Part shown: positions 28,975 to 37,691 of the stretch, in pieces
Layout: every line of letters starts with the position of its first letter
Position numbering within the stretch: the first letter of the stretch is position 1
Assembly: GCA_029260025.1 (NCBI GenBank)
Contig: JAJDDZ010000312.1
Coordinates: 1-41,748, forward strand
Length of the DNA stretch: 41,748 bases
From: Phycisphaerae bacterium
Lineage (GTDB): Bacteria; Planctomycetota; Phycisphaerae; UBA1845
Direction of reading: 5' to 3'
Position numbers and translations under genes: made by a program
Notes under the pieces: generated by a model
Seen by the model: only the letters and a program-made list of their open reading frames with translations
Databases searched by the model: none
What the model was told of the DNA's origin: nothing

Positions 28975-30222
28975 ATGAGGTTTACGAACCGGCGATCGTC
29001 TCGTCTCGCGTTTTTCGCGGCTACAGCTCTTCTACTAAGCTTTCCTCCGGCCACCGCCCGCTCTGCCCCACCAGAGGTCAATGGAAGGGTCGAGCAAATC
29101 GGAGAGTTCCGCCTGCTCCGCGTCTGGGGGACGCCCGAGGAGATGGGGTTCGCTCACGGGTATCTATTAGCTGATGGCGTCGTGACCGTGATCAATGCGT
29201 CATGCGATTCGCTCGCGAAACAGGGTCGCGCTAGCTTCGACGACGTTCTTGCTCAAATGCTTCCGTTCGTGGAGATTCCGGAACGCTACTTGCGTGAGCT
29301 CAAAGGCATCATTGCCGGAATGAAAGCCAGGAAGGGATCGCTCCCAACTCTAAAGGCGCTCGGACGACCGATCCGGCTCGATGATTTGATCTTCCACAAC
29401 GCGGGCGACATGATTCGCGCGTTCGGTTGTTCTGGGTTTACGGTCTGGGGCGACCAGGCAGGCCCACTCGGCGTCATGACGACCCGGAACTTCGATTACC
29501 CCATCGCTAGTCCAGCGATGCACGCGGAGCACCTTCTGATCGTTCGGCAACCCGAGGGCAGACGACAAGTCCTTAGCATCGCCTGGCCAAGCTATCTTGG
29601 GACGTTCACTGGGTTGAACGACGATGGCGTTAGCGCTTTTATGCATGATGGAACTGGCGGCGCGATCCGAAAACCCGACCGAAAACGTGTGCCGCTTCCG
29701 TTGGTTCTCGCCGATGCTCTTGAACGCAGCACCAAGAGCGACGCTGCCAAAAACATAAACACATCGCTAAGGACTTTGCAAACGTACCCATTTAGCTACA
29801 TGGTCCGGGTCGCCACCTCCCGAGTTGAGGATGACGTCCCGGCCCATGTGTTTCGGATCGACAAGAGCGGCGTCGGCGAGAATCCGCTAGGTATGAATCG
29901 ATGTATTACCACAAATCATTATCTCACCCGAAATGGAAAGCCAGCAGCCCAAGCTTACAAAGGCTCCCTCTCGCGATATCAGAAGCTCGAAGACCGACTT
30001 TCGACAACCATGACGCGTGAAGCCGCGTGGGCAGCCCAGGCGGTCGTCGCATCGGACAATCAGGATTTTCCAACCCTCCATACGTTAGTTGTTTGCCCGG
30101 AAAAGCGGCTCATCGATCTTGCTTTCGCCAAGTGGAAGAGCGGGAAGGTTGTCCCTGCAACCAAGTTCAACCCAACGACCATCAATTTCGACGAGCTATT
30201 CCCGAAACAACCCGACCCGTAG
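28975..30222 (+). CDS. C45 family autoproteolytic Ntn-hydrolase (AAT / acyl-CoA:6-APA acyltransferase-like), exported
   Basis: Signal peptide, 'GTPEEMGFAHG', cleavage site 'G-CSGF', 'RNFDY', 'TGLNDDGV', 'TNHY'. Confidence 0.85.
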   Translation: MRFTNRRSSRLAFFAATALLLSFPPATARSAPPEVNGRVEQIGEFRLLRVWGTPEEMGFAHGYLLADGVVTVINASCDSLAKQGRASFDDVLAQMLPFVEIPERYLRELKGIIAGMKARKGSLPTLKALGRPIRLDDLIFHNAGDMIRAFGCSGFTVWGDQAGPLGVMTTRNFDYPIASPAMHAEHLLIVRQPEGRRQVLSIAWPSYLGTFTGLNDDGVSAFMHDGTGGAIRKPDRKRVPLPLVLADALERSTKSDAAKNINTSLRTLQTYPFSYMVRVATSRVEDDVPAHVFRIDKSGVGENPLGMNRCITTNHYLTRNGKPAAQAYKGSLSRYQKLEDRLSTTMTREAAWAAQAVVASDNQDFPTLHTLVVCPEKRLIDLAFAKWKSGKVVPATKFNPTTINFDELFPKQPDP

Positions 30223-30237
30223 TCGCAAAGCAAGATA

Positions 30238-30693
30238 CTACCCAGCCTCACCCGCAAGTGTTGCCGGTTGAACACAAGATTCTGCCCGAACGAGGTATCC
30301 CAGGAAACCGCGCGTGCAGTGACCGACCGTCGCCTCGATTGCTACACGGCAACCTTCCACGTCAACAGTCCAAACCGAAACACTGTTCCCGACGCGTAGT
30401 CGTTTTCTCACCCAAGACGCGATGCCACTATCTGACACGTTGCGCAATCTTGCATTCGTAGTGCGTTGCGGAAGCGACGCTTCCATCCCATCAGTTCGAG
30501 GAAGGGAGGCCGTAAACCTCAGGATATGACGCTTGCCCATGTACGGATCAGTCGTCCCCAGTCCACGAGCCGCACGGAAGATCACTTGGAAATGATCCTG
30601 CTGCACTATGTCGAAACAAGGTTGGGCTACAAGCTTCTTTTTTTCCTCTACTTTCTTCTCGACCTTGCCGGTTCTCGGAATCGGAGTCCCCAT
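30238..30693 (-). CDS. PilZ domain protein (divergent paralog of 30867-31262)
   Basis: 'GKRHILRF' (RxxxR) and 'RNVSDSG' (NxSxxG). Aligns by eye with the upstream paralog (W.RKRL / W.KKRL, HCTRGFLGYLV / HCTSGIMGFLV). Confidence 0.65.
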   Translation of the reverse strand: MGTPIPRTGKVEKKVEEKKKLVAQPCFDIVQQDHFQVIFRAARGLGTTDPYMGKRHILRFTASLPRTDGMEASLPQRTTNARLRNVSDSGIASWVRKRLRVGNSVSVWTVDVEGCRVAIEATVGHCTRGFLGYLVRAESCVQPATLAGEAG

Positions 30694-30866
30694 CCTGTGA
30701 GACGCGCCCGGCTGTCAAGCGTTGGTGTAGGACTATATTCTGGGAAGGTCTTTGCAGGGAGGTGCGTTATGGTTGAAGAGTCTTAGTTCGCGCGTGGTCA
30801 TTTTAGTCTACGGTTCCAAGTGGGATGTCGTAGAATCTTCAGCATGGGATGATGTGAAAGATGTGC

Positions 30867-31262
30867 TTACTCAGCGGCTTCAAATTGAAACTCGACACCA
30901 ACGAGAAACCCCATAATTCCGCTCGTGCAGTGGCAAACCTTAGCAGGAAGCCAGTCCGTCGGAGTCCCGTCAACGAAGCTACGGACGAAGACCCGACGTT
31001 TGAGAGCGAGTCGCTTCTTCGCCCAGAAAGATAGGCCTCCTCTGGAGACGTTGTGCATCTTAGCCCAAGAAACGCGACCGTTTGCATTCGGATCGAAACT
31101 GAATTCGAGAGAGGTCGAAGACCGAAAACGCTGAGCCTTCCGCTTCCCGTCTATACCGTCCGACGACCCGGTCTCGCGAGCATTTCGAACAAGCCGGCGA
31201 ACCAGAAGCTCTCTACTCTCCCGAGATGTTTCAGTTGTATTTGGCAAAAGTTCCCGGTCCAT
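30867..31262 (-). CDS. PilZ domain protein (c-di-GMP receptor)
   Basis: 'GKRKAQRF' (RxxxR), 'HNVSRGG' (NxSxxG) and C-terminal 'LVGVEF'. Confidence 0.85.
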   Translation of the reverse strand: MDRELLPNTTETSRESRELLVRRLVRNARETGSSDGIDGKRKAQRFRSSTSLEFSFDPNANGRVSWAKMHNVSRGGLSFWAKKRLALKRRVFVRSFVDGTPTDWLPAKVCHCTSGIMGFLVGVEFQFEAAE

Positions 31263-31556
31263 GCGACACCCCACGTAGAGACCCGCCTATACACACTAAT
31301 ATTACAATTTCTCTTTCATTGAGCAGGGCGGTACTGAGAAATGCTGAAATCATCACGAGTCCGAAAAATAACGGATTGTCGGATGGCGCAACGCGCGCCT
31401 GGCCGGCGTGGCGTCGCCAACACCACTGAGGCGCCTTCCTGGACCATCTTCCGCGAACGAGGACGAGCCTCACAGCAACCCCCTAAAAAAGGCCAAACTT
31501 ACCGGACCCTCGCTTGCGCCTGCCGTTTCGTCACGTCCATCGAGTTCTATCGCGTC

Positions 31557-31715
31557 CTAGGGACGCCGCGACCCGCCAATGAAGAACAGCGGAATACCCG
31601 CCAAAATCATGCCCGAACCGAGCATGTTGAGCGGATCGCCTCAGCAGTACGCAAATCTCAGTCCCAGTCCAGCCAGGGGCAAGGCAAGGGCGACCCAGCG
31701 AAGTTTCCCCGTCAT
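31557..31715 (-). CDS. Candidate small membrane selenoprotein, 52 aa (MTGKLRWVALALPLAGLGLRFAYC-U-GDPLNMLGSGMILAGIPLFFIGGSRRP)
   Basis: AGGAG RBS 7 nt before ATG 31715. In-frame TGA at 31643-31641 directly after a Cys codon; the frame continues as a second hydrophobic helix to TAG 31559-31557. SECIS-like hairpin 3' of the TGA. Confidence 0.6.
31596..31636 (-). promoter_or_regulatory. Putative bacterial SECIS element
   Basis: Minus strand: upper stem CATGCTC/GGGCATG with apical loop GGTTC (plus-strand 31608-31626), lower stem ATCCGC(T)CAA/TTGGCGGGT. The loop starts 21 nt after the TGA and begins with G. Confidence 0.55.
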
Positions 31716-31916
31716 TTTTTCACTCCTGATTCATTCCCACGGTATATCGACCATCCAACCCCGGCCTGTTACATTTTGACATCGTTCGCACGCCCGGTAA
31801 CAATATCTCGTCGAGTCGGAGTCCTAATGCGACGGATATGGGATTGCTTTCGGGACCGGGCTGAGATTCCAAAATGGATGGATTGATCAATCGTGAACAA
31901 CGACAAACCCGCTGAG

Positions 31917-32324
31917 ATGCGCGTTGAAATACTCAAATCAAAGCTGCACCAAGCGTGCGTCACACAGGCAGACCTTCACTACGAGGGAAGCTTGGGCGTC
32001 GATGTCGAGCTAATGGAAGCGGTCGGACTCTATCCGCACGAAAAAATCCTCGTTTCCAACATGAACAACGGCGAGCGCCTTGAAACGTACATCATCCCCG
32101 AACCATTCGGCTCGCGCCGGATTATCCTAAACGGGGCTGCAGCTCGCAAAGGGACCGTCGGCGACCGGGTCATTATCATGTCGTTTTGTCATGTGGATGA
32201 ATCCGTTGTTCGCGAAGGCAAGCACAAACCGCGCGTCATAAGGCTTGACGAAAAAAACGAACCCGTCATGCCAATTCCCAAAGCACCGACGACCGAAGAA
32301 ATCGCTGCCATGCTTGAAGACTAA
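31917..32324 (+). CDS. panD: Aspartate 1-decarboxylase
   Basis: 'LKSKLHQACVTQADLHYEGSLGVD' (G-S autocleavage), 'NNGERLETY', 'LNGAAAR', 'GDRVII'. Alternative GTG start at 31893. Confidence 0.95.
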   Translation: MRVEILKSKLHQACVTQADLHYEGSLGVDVELMEAVGLYPHEKILVSNMNNGERLETYIIPEPFGSRRIILNGAAARKGTVGDRVIIMSFCHVDESVVREGKHKPRVIRLDEKNEPVMPIPKAPTTEEIAAMLED

Positions 32325-32396
32325 CGAAAGGCGAAGCCCTAAGTTCAAGTCCTTTGCCCTCCGTTGCCAACGCCGGTTCATGACGCTATCGCCACA

Positions 32397-33377
32397 ATGA
32401 CCGAACCAACAACCATTAAAAACGTCCTCGTCACGGGCGCGACTGGGTTCGTCGGTAGAAACATCGTCCGCGAACTTCTACTGCGTGGCTACAAGCCCAT
32501 CTGCCTCGTGCGAGACGCTGCCAAGCTCCGCAAGCAGCACCCAACAGTCGATCCCGACAGAATCACCCCGATCATTGGCAGCTTGCGCGACGAGAAAGCG
32601 CTCCAACACGCCGCCGACCTTAGTCAAGCTGCGATCCACCTGGTAGGAATCATCATCGAAAGGCGCTTGCGGGGAAGAACATTCGATCGCATTCATGTAC
32701 GCGGCACGATAAACGTCGCAAACGCCGCCAAGCGCGCTGGCATCAATCGTTTCCTCCACATGTCGGCACTCGGCGCAAGACCAGACGCCGTATCGAAATA
32801 CCATCAGACAAAATGGACCGCCGAACAGTACGTCCGCGACACAGACCTCGATTGGACCATATTCCGTCCCAGTCTAATCCACGGACCAGACGGCGAATTC
32901 ATGCAGTTGATGAAGCGGTTCACCTCCAAGCTCATCCCCCCAGTGATTCCGTATTTCGGTTCAGGCGAAGCGAAATTGCAGCCAGTTTATGTCAAAGACG
33001 TCGCAAGATCTTTCGTCGCAGCGCTAAAAAACGATGAAGCGATTGGCCAAGTAATCCCTCTTGGTGGACCTCGTCAATACAGCTGGAAACAGCTCTACAC
33101 CGTGTGTCGAGCAATCATTCCAGAATCCAAACTCTGGAAACCGATCGTCTCTCAGCCTATCCCGATCGCCAAGCTTCTCGCCGCAATATCCGGACCACCC
33201 TTAGCCCTCGCCGAAATCGCGATCCCTTCGGTGGGCCTGCTGCGTTTCGATAAGGGGCAAGTTCAGATGTCACAAGAAGACTGCACCTGCGACCACACCG
33301 TTGCCGAGAAGTCACTGAGCATTACGATGCGAGACTTTGAGGAAGAGCTGGCGATTTACGCTGGCAGAATCAACTAA
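32397..33377 (+). CDS. NAD(P)-binding atypical SDR, complex I NDUFA9-like family
   Basis: 'VLVTGATGFVG', 'IHLVGII.E', 'MSALGA', 'YHQTKWTAE', 'IFRPSLIHG', 'LQPVYVKDVA'. Confidence 0.88.
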   Translation: MTEPTTIKNVLVTGATGFVGRNIVRELLLRGYKPICLVRDAAKLRKQHPTVDPDRITPIIGSLRDEKALQHAADLSQAAIHLVGIIIERRLRGRTFDRIHVRGTINVANAAKRAGINRFLHMSALGARPDAVSKYHQTKWTAEQYVRDTDLDWTIFRPSLIHGPDGEFMQLMKRFTSKLIPPVIPYFGSGEAKLQPVYVKDVARSFVAALKNDEAIGQVIPLGGPRQYSWKQLYTVCRAIIPESKLWKPIVSQPIPIAKLLAAISGPPLALAEIAIPSVGLLRFDKGQVQMSQEDCTCDHTVAEKSLSITMRDFEEELAIYAGRIN

Positions 33378-33402
33378 ACAAGCAAAGCGAAGGACAGGGC
33401 TA

Positions 33403-35019
33403 ATGTCCGAACAGCATCGACCGATCGTCATCATCATTCGCGACGGGTGGGGGGCGAACCCGCATCCAGAGTGGAATCACGCGAATGCAGTCCATCTTGC
33501 GAGAACCCCTGTCGATACCCGACTGATGAATACGTACCCCCATGTGCATATCAAGACATGCGGGAATGACGTCGGTCTTCCAGATGGCGTCGCCGGTAAC
33601 AGCGAGGTAGGTCACCAGAACATCGGCGCAGGTCGAATTGTCGAGCAAGAACTCATGCGGATCACCGCTTGCATTCGCGACCAGTCATTCTTTGCAAACC
33701 CCATGCTAATTGAGGCATTCGCCAGAGCCAAGAAAACCGGTGGCGACGTTCACATCATCGGTCTAGTCAGCGATGGGCGTGTTCACAGTGACCCCGAACA
33801 CCTCGAAGCCATTCTCGATTTAAGCAGAATGCTCAGCTTTCCCGGTGAGCGTGTCTTCGTCCACGCTTTCACAGACGGGCGCGATACATCTCCGAATAGC
33901 GGTATCCAGCACGTTGGCCGGGTCGAAGAAAAATGCAAACAGCTCGGAATCAATCCCGTCGCGTCAGTAATCGGACGATTCTATGCGATGGATCGCGATA
34001 ACCGATGGGATCGAATCCAGGTTGCTTATCGTCTACTAACGCAAGGTCGCGGGAAGCAAGTCGCCAGCGCAGGCGATGCGATAAGAGATCACTACGACAA
34101 CCCAACCACTCAGGACCAACAGGGCGACGAATTTGTCCCGCCAAGCATTGTCACACGAGACGGAAACCCAACCGCGACGATCAAGAATGGCGACACGGTC
34201 ATCTTTTTCAACTACCGAGGCGACAGACCTCGCCAGTTAACCAAGGCGTTCACCTTCGACGAGTTTCCGTTTCAAACTCCGGGATCAACAAACGAGACCC
34301 TCGGATTTGATCGCAAAGAAAAGCTGGACATTCACTTCGTCACAATGACAGCCTACGAATCAGGTCTACCGGTGAGGGTCGCTTTCAAAAAACCGCCAAA
34401 GATGAAAAACATCCTCGGCAGGTGCGCCGCCGACCAAGGATTGAAGCAGTTCCGCTGCGCCGAAACGGAAAAATACGCCCATGTGACGTTCTTTTTCAAC
34501 GACTACCTAGACGAACCATTTCCGGGCGAGGACCGAAAAATCGTCCCCTCGCCGCGTGACGTCACCACGTACGATCAGAAACCAGAAATGGCAGCGATTG
34601 CGCTAACCCAAGCAGTTCTCGATCGCATCGACGCAGCTAAGGACGATCTCATCGTCCTCAATTATGCAAACGGAGACATGGTTGGCCACACCGGAAATCT
34701 GAGCGCCGCGGTTCGCGCAGTCGAAACTGTCGACGAATGCGTGGGGAAGGTTGTCGAGGCTGTCATCGCGCGAGGCGGCGGACTCATTGTCACAGCAGAC
34801 CATGGAAACTGTGAACAAATGATCGACCCAGAGACCGGGGGACTACACACGTCGCACACGAACTTCGACGTCGAACTCATTGTCGTCGATGATCGATACA
34901 GAGGGTGCTCGTTGCGCCAGGGCGGAAGACTCGCAGACATCGCCCCCACAGCCCTCACGATGCTTGCGCTCGAAAAACCAACTGAAATGACCGGCGAGTG
35001 TCTAATCCACAGCGAATGA
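33403..35019 (+). CDS. gpmI: 2,3-bisphosphoglycerate-independent phosphoglycerate mutase
   Basis: 'DGWG', 'GNSEVGHQNIGAGR', 'DGRDT', 'GRFYAMDRDNRWDR', 'AETEKYAHVTFFFN', 'NGDMVGHTG', 'TADHGN'. Confidence 0.97.
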   Translation: MSEQHRPIVIIIRDGWGANPHPEWNHANAVHLARTPVDTRLMNTYPHVHIKTCGNDVGLPDGVAGNSEVGHQNIGAGRIVEQELMRITACIRDQSFFANPMLIEAFARAKKTGGDVHIIGLVSDGRVHSDPEHLEAILDLSRMLSFPGERVFVHAFTDGRDTSPNSGIQHVGRVEEKCKQLGINPVASVIGRFYAMDRDNRWDRIQVAYRLLTQGRGKQVASAGDAIRDHYDNPTTQDQQGDEFVPPSIVTRDGNPTATIKNGDTVIFFNYRGDRPRQLTKAFTFDEFPFQTPGSTNETLGFDRKEKLDIHFVTMTAYESGLPVRVAFKKPPKMKNILGRCAADQGLKQFRCAETEKYAHVTFFFNDYLDEPFPGEDRKIVPSPRDVTTYDQKPEMAAIALTQAVLDRIDAAKDDLIVLNYANGDMVGHTGNLSAAVRAVETVDECVGKVVEAVIARGGGLIVTADHGNCEQMIDPETGGLHTSHTNFDVELIVVDDRYRGCSLRQGGRLADIAPTALTMLALEKPTEMTGECLIHSE

Positions 35020-35030
35020 ATCCCACGCCG

Positions 35031-37691
35031 TTAATCCAGTGAACCGTCAACGGTTGCCGTGATGGCTACGCGGTCTTCTTGGGTGCCCTCGTTTGCAGTG
35101 TCCGCGCTATCTGGGTCCTCAGAACGAAAACGATCGAACTCGTCTTGATTTCGGATAAGCGCATCGACCACAACCGGGTCAAACTGAGTCCCAGAAGCTT
35201 CAAGAATCAAAGTAATCGCCTTTTCGTGCGAGATCGGCTCCTTGTAAGGCCTCCTTGTCGTAATCGCATCGTACGCGTCAGCTACGGACACGATTCGACC
35301 GACCAGCGGAATTTCCTGCCCCGAGAGTCCGTTCGGATAACCCGCACCGTTGTACCACTCGTGATGCGAACGCGCGATTTCCTCAGCGATTTCGAGCATC
35401 GCGAAGTTAGGAGACTGCAAACGCACGCTCCGAATCGTGTCCGCGCCGGTGTTTGCGTGCTTTTTTACGATCGCCATCTCCTCTTCCGTCAGCTTCCCCT
35501 TCTTCAAGAGAATACGGTCGGGGACAGCCACCTTACCGATGTCGTGAAGCGGAACACCTCGCTCAAGGTCATACAGCAACCGGTCCGAAATCTGATCGCG
35601 ATAATCGGGTGTCTCACGAAGGGACGTCGCCAGAGTTACAGAGTATCTCGTAACCCGTTCGACATGACGGTACGTCGCGTCGTCGCGGTGCTCAGCCAGT
35701 TTTGCAAAAGCGATCATGATTGCGTCACGCGCACAGTCGCGGGCCTCAGCCGTCGCGATCCCATGGAGGGCCGTCGCAGCAACTCCGATTACAAGATCAA
35801 CCGAGTCGAGGATCCGTTGGTCAAAAGAAAGCCCAGTAACGCGGCTCCCCACGGCAATGACCGCGCCAATCGAGTCCCGCACAGGAACAGCCACAAACAG
35901 TTGTGGAACCTTACCGTCAAACCAAGAATGCGTTTCGCCGCGCCGCGCCGGAGATGAAAGCTCGTCGTTCAAAACAACAGTCCGCCCAGTCGCCAGAACA
36001 TCCGAAACAACCGAATCCGCAACCTGAGTGGATCCTTCAAATCCAGGATCAAACCCGGATGCAGCCTCCACTTCCACCGAATTGTTGCCTTTGCGCGGCA
36101 CCAGCGCCGCGACTTGCCGGCATCCGGTGATCGCACCAATCGTCTCGACCGTTTCTTCTAGGACTTCCGCCCGAGATTGACGGTCAACAAGATCACGGCA
36201 AAACTCGAAGAGTAGCATCAAGATACGGGTCTGTTCGCCTCGGTTATCATAGCTTGCTGCAAGCGTTTGTCGGTCCGTCGATCGCTGCACCGCGTATCGA
36301 ATACGTCGTTCGATCTCCGTCGGACACATACAAAAGGCGACGCATTCGTCAGCTCCGGCAGCCCCGAAATCCCGCAGATCATCAGGTGAAATCTCAGGAC
36401 AGATAACGATCACAGGCGTGTTGCTCTCACCGGCCAATTCTCGAACGCAGCGCGTGAGTCTAAGAGCGCCCTCGTTGGGAAGGGATGCATCCAGAACGAC
36501 TGCATCTGGGTGCGTTCGCGTGATAGATTCGAACGCCGCAGCTTCAGACGCTGTATCAGAAACCGAATATCCATCTGCCTCAAGAGTCGCGCGCAAGTTG
36601 AAACGCGCTGTTTGATCTGTCAGAACCAATAGAATTTGCCCAGAAGGACTCGTCGCTGGAAGAGAAGAATCGAATCCAGCAGCCGCGGCATAAGCGTCTT
36701 GTAACGCGGTCTCATTCGCCGCTGCATCTGGAATATCTTTATCGCAGCAGACGCGATTTCGACCTGATTGTTTTGCCGCGTAAAGGGATTCGTCAGCGAT
36801 TCGTAGGACCGACTCCCAACCGTCGTCGCCAGACACCGCAGCCCCGAGGCTAATCGTCACGTGATTCGCCACCGTGCTCGCAGGGTGTTCAATTTCGAGT
36901 GCCGCGACAGCTGCGCGAACTCGTTCTCCCAGCAAGAGCGCCGATTCGAGATCCGATTCCGGCGCGAGAATGACAAACTCCTCTCCCCCATACCGTCCAA
37001 CCACATCCGTCGTCCGGCAGCTTTTCGTTAGGCATTCAGCCACCGCTTCAAGACACCTGTCGCCAGCTTGGTGTCCCAGCGTGTCATTGTAGGTCTTGAA
37101 CTGGTCAACATCGATCATGAGAATCGAATACGCCGACTCGTGTCGAATATGCCGGTCGTGTTCAGTTGTGACGCACTCCTCCCAAGCTCGTCGGTTAAAA
37201 AGGGACGTTAGCGAGTCGGTCCGAGCTTGTCGTGCAAGCTTGAGATTCGTCTCCGCAACCACCTGAGACATTTTCTCTAATCGAAGGTTACGATCGACCA
37301 GAGCGCTCTGGGCATTTTGAAGGCTGAGGTGGACGGAAACTCGGGCACGAACCTCGCTGAGACGAAATGGCTTGGTAACGTAGTCACATCCACCAACGGC
37401 GAACGCACGTTCGATATCTTCCGACTCGGACTTTGCCGTCACGAAAATAATCGGAATCTCTGAAGTCTCCGCGTCGGCCTTGAGAATCTCGCAGACCTCA
37501 AATCCGTCTCGCCCGGGCATCATGATGTCCAGAAGCAGGAGCGAAGGGTGACGCTCATGCACAAGATCAACCGCCAGGAAACCGTCGGCCGCTTCCCGGA
37601 CGTCATACCCGTCCTTCTCGAAAGCTCGTACGAGAATCTTGCGATTCGTAGCATTATCGTCAACTACAAGAATATCGTGTTTCGTATTCAT
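35031..37691 (-). CDS. Response regulator with REC-GGDEF-(degenerate REC)-GAF-HD-GYP domains (c-di-GMP cyclase/phosphodiesterase)
   Basis: REC 'ILVVDD...LLDIMMPGRDG...KPF'; 'TDSLTSLFNRR', 'DVDQFK.YND..GH..GD', 'RTTDVVGRYGGEEF'; second REC-like 'VVLDASLP'; HD-GYP 'LHDIGK', 'HHEWYNGAGYP', 'ADAYDA...RPYK', 'GTQFDP'. Confidence 0.92.
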   Translation of the reverse strand: MNTKHDILVVDDNATNRKILVRAFEKDGYDVREAADGFLAVDLVHERHPSLLLLDIMMPGRDGFEVCEILKADAETSEIPIIFVTAKSESEDIERAFAVGGCDYVTKPFRLSEVRARVSVHLSLQNAQSALVDRNLRLEKMSQVVAETNLKLARQARTDSLTSLFNRRAWEECVTTEHDRHIRHESAYSILMIDVDQFKTYNDTLGHQAGDRCLEAVAECLTKSCRTTDVVGRYGGEEFVILAPESDLESALLLGERVRAAVAALEIEHPASTVANHVTISLGAAVSGDDGWESVLRIADESLYAAKQSGRNRVCCDKDIPDAAANETALQDAYAAAAGFDSSLPATSPSGQILLVLTDQTARFNLRATLEADGYSVSDTASEAAAFESITRTHPDAVVLDASLPNEGALRLTRCVRELAGESNTPVIVICPEISPDDLRDFGAAGADECVAFCMCPTEIERRIRYAVQRSTDRQTLAASYDNRGEQTRILMLLFEFCRDLVDRQSRAEVLEETVETIGAITGCRQVAALVPRKGNNSVEVEAASGFDPGFEGSTQVADSVVSDVLATGRTVVLNDELSSPARRGETHSWFDGKVPQLFVAVPVRDSIGAVIAVGSRVTGLSFDQRILDSVDLVIGVAATALHGIATAEARDCARDAIMIAFAKLAEHRDDATYRHVERVTRYSVTLATSLRETPDYRDQISDRLLYDLERGVPLHDIGKVAVPDRILLKKGKLTEEEMAIVKKHANTGADTIRSVRLQSPNFAMLEIAEEIARSHHEWYNGAGYPNGLSGQEIPLVGRIVSVADAYDAITTRRPYKEPISHEKAITLILEASGTQFDPVVVDALIRNQDEFDRFRSEDPDSADTANEGTQEDRVAITATVDGSLD

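Noticed and set aside
30466-30786. 106-aa plus-strand ORF
   Set aside because: Antisense to the second PilZ paralog. Its hydrophobic run is the reverse complement of a Lys/Glu-rich stretch.
31341-31886. 181-aa plus-strand ORF and other ORF-track calls (31231-31473, 31579-31779) in this spacer
   Set aside because: No recognisable motifs or RBS, and Arg/Pro/Ser-rich shadow-like composition. The minus-strand Sec read-through frame explains the region better.
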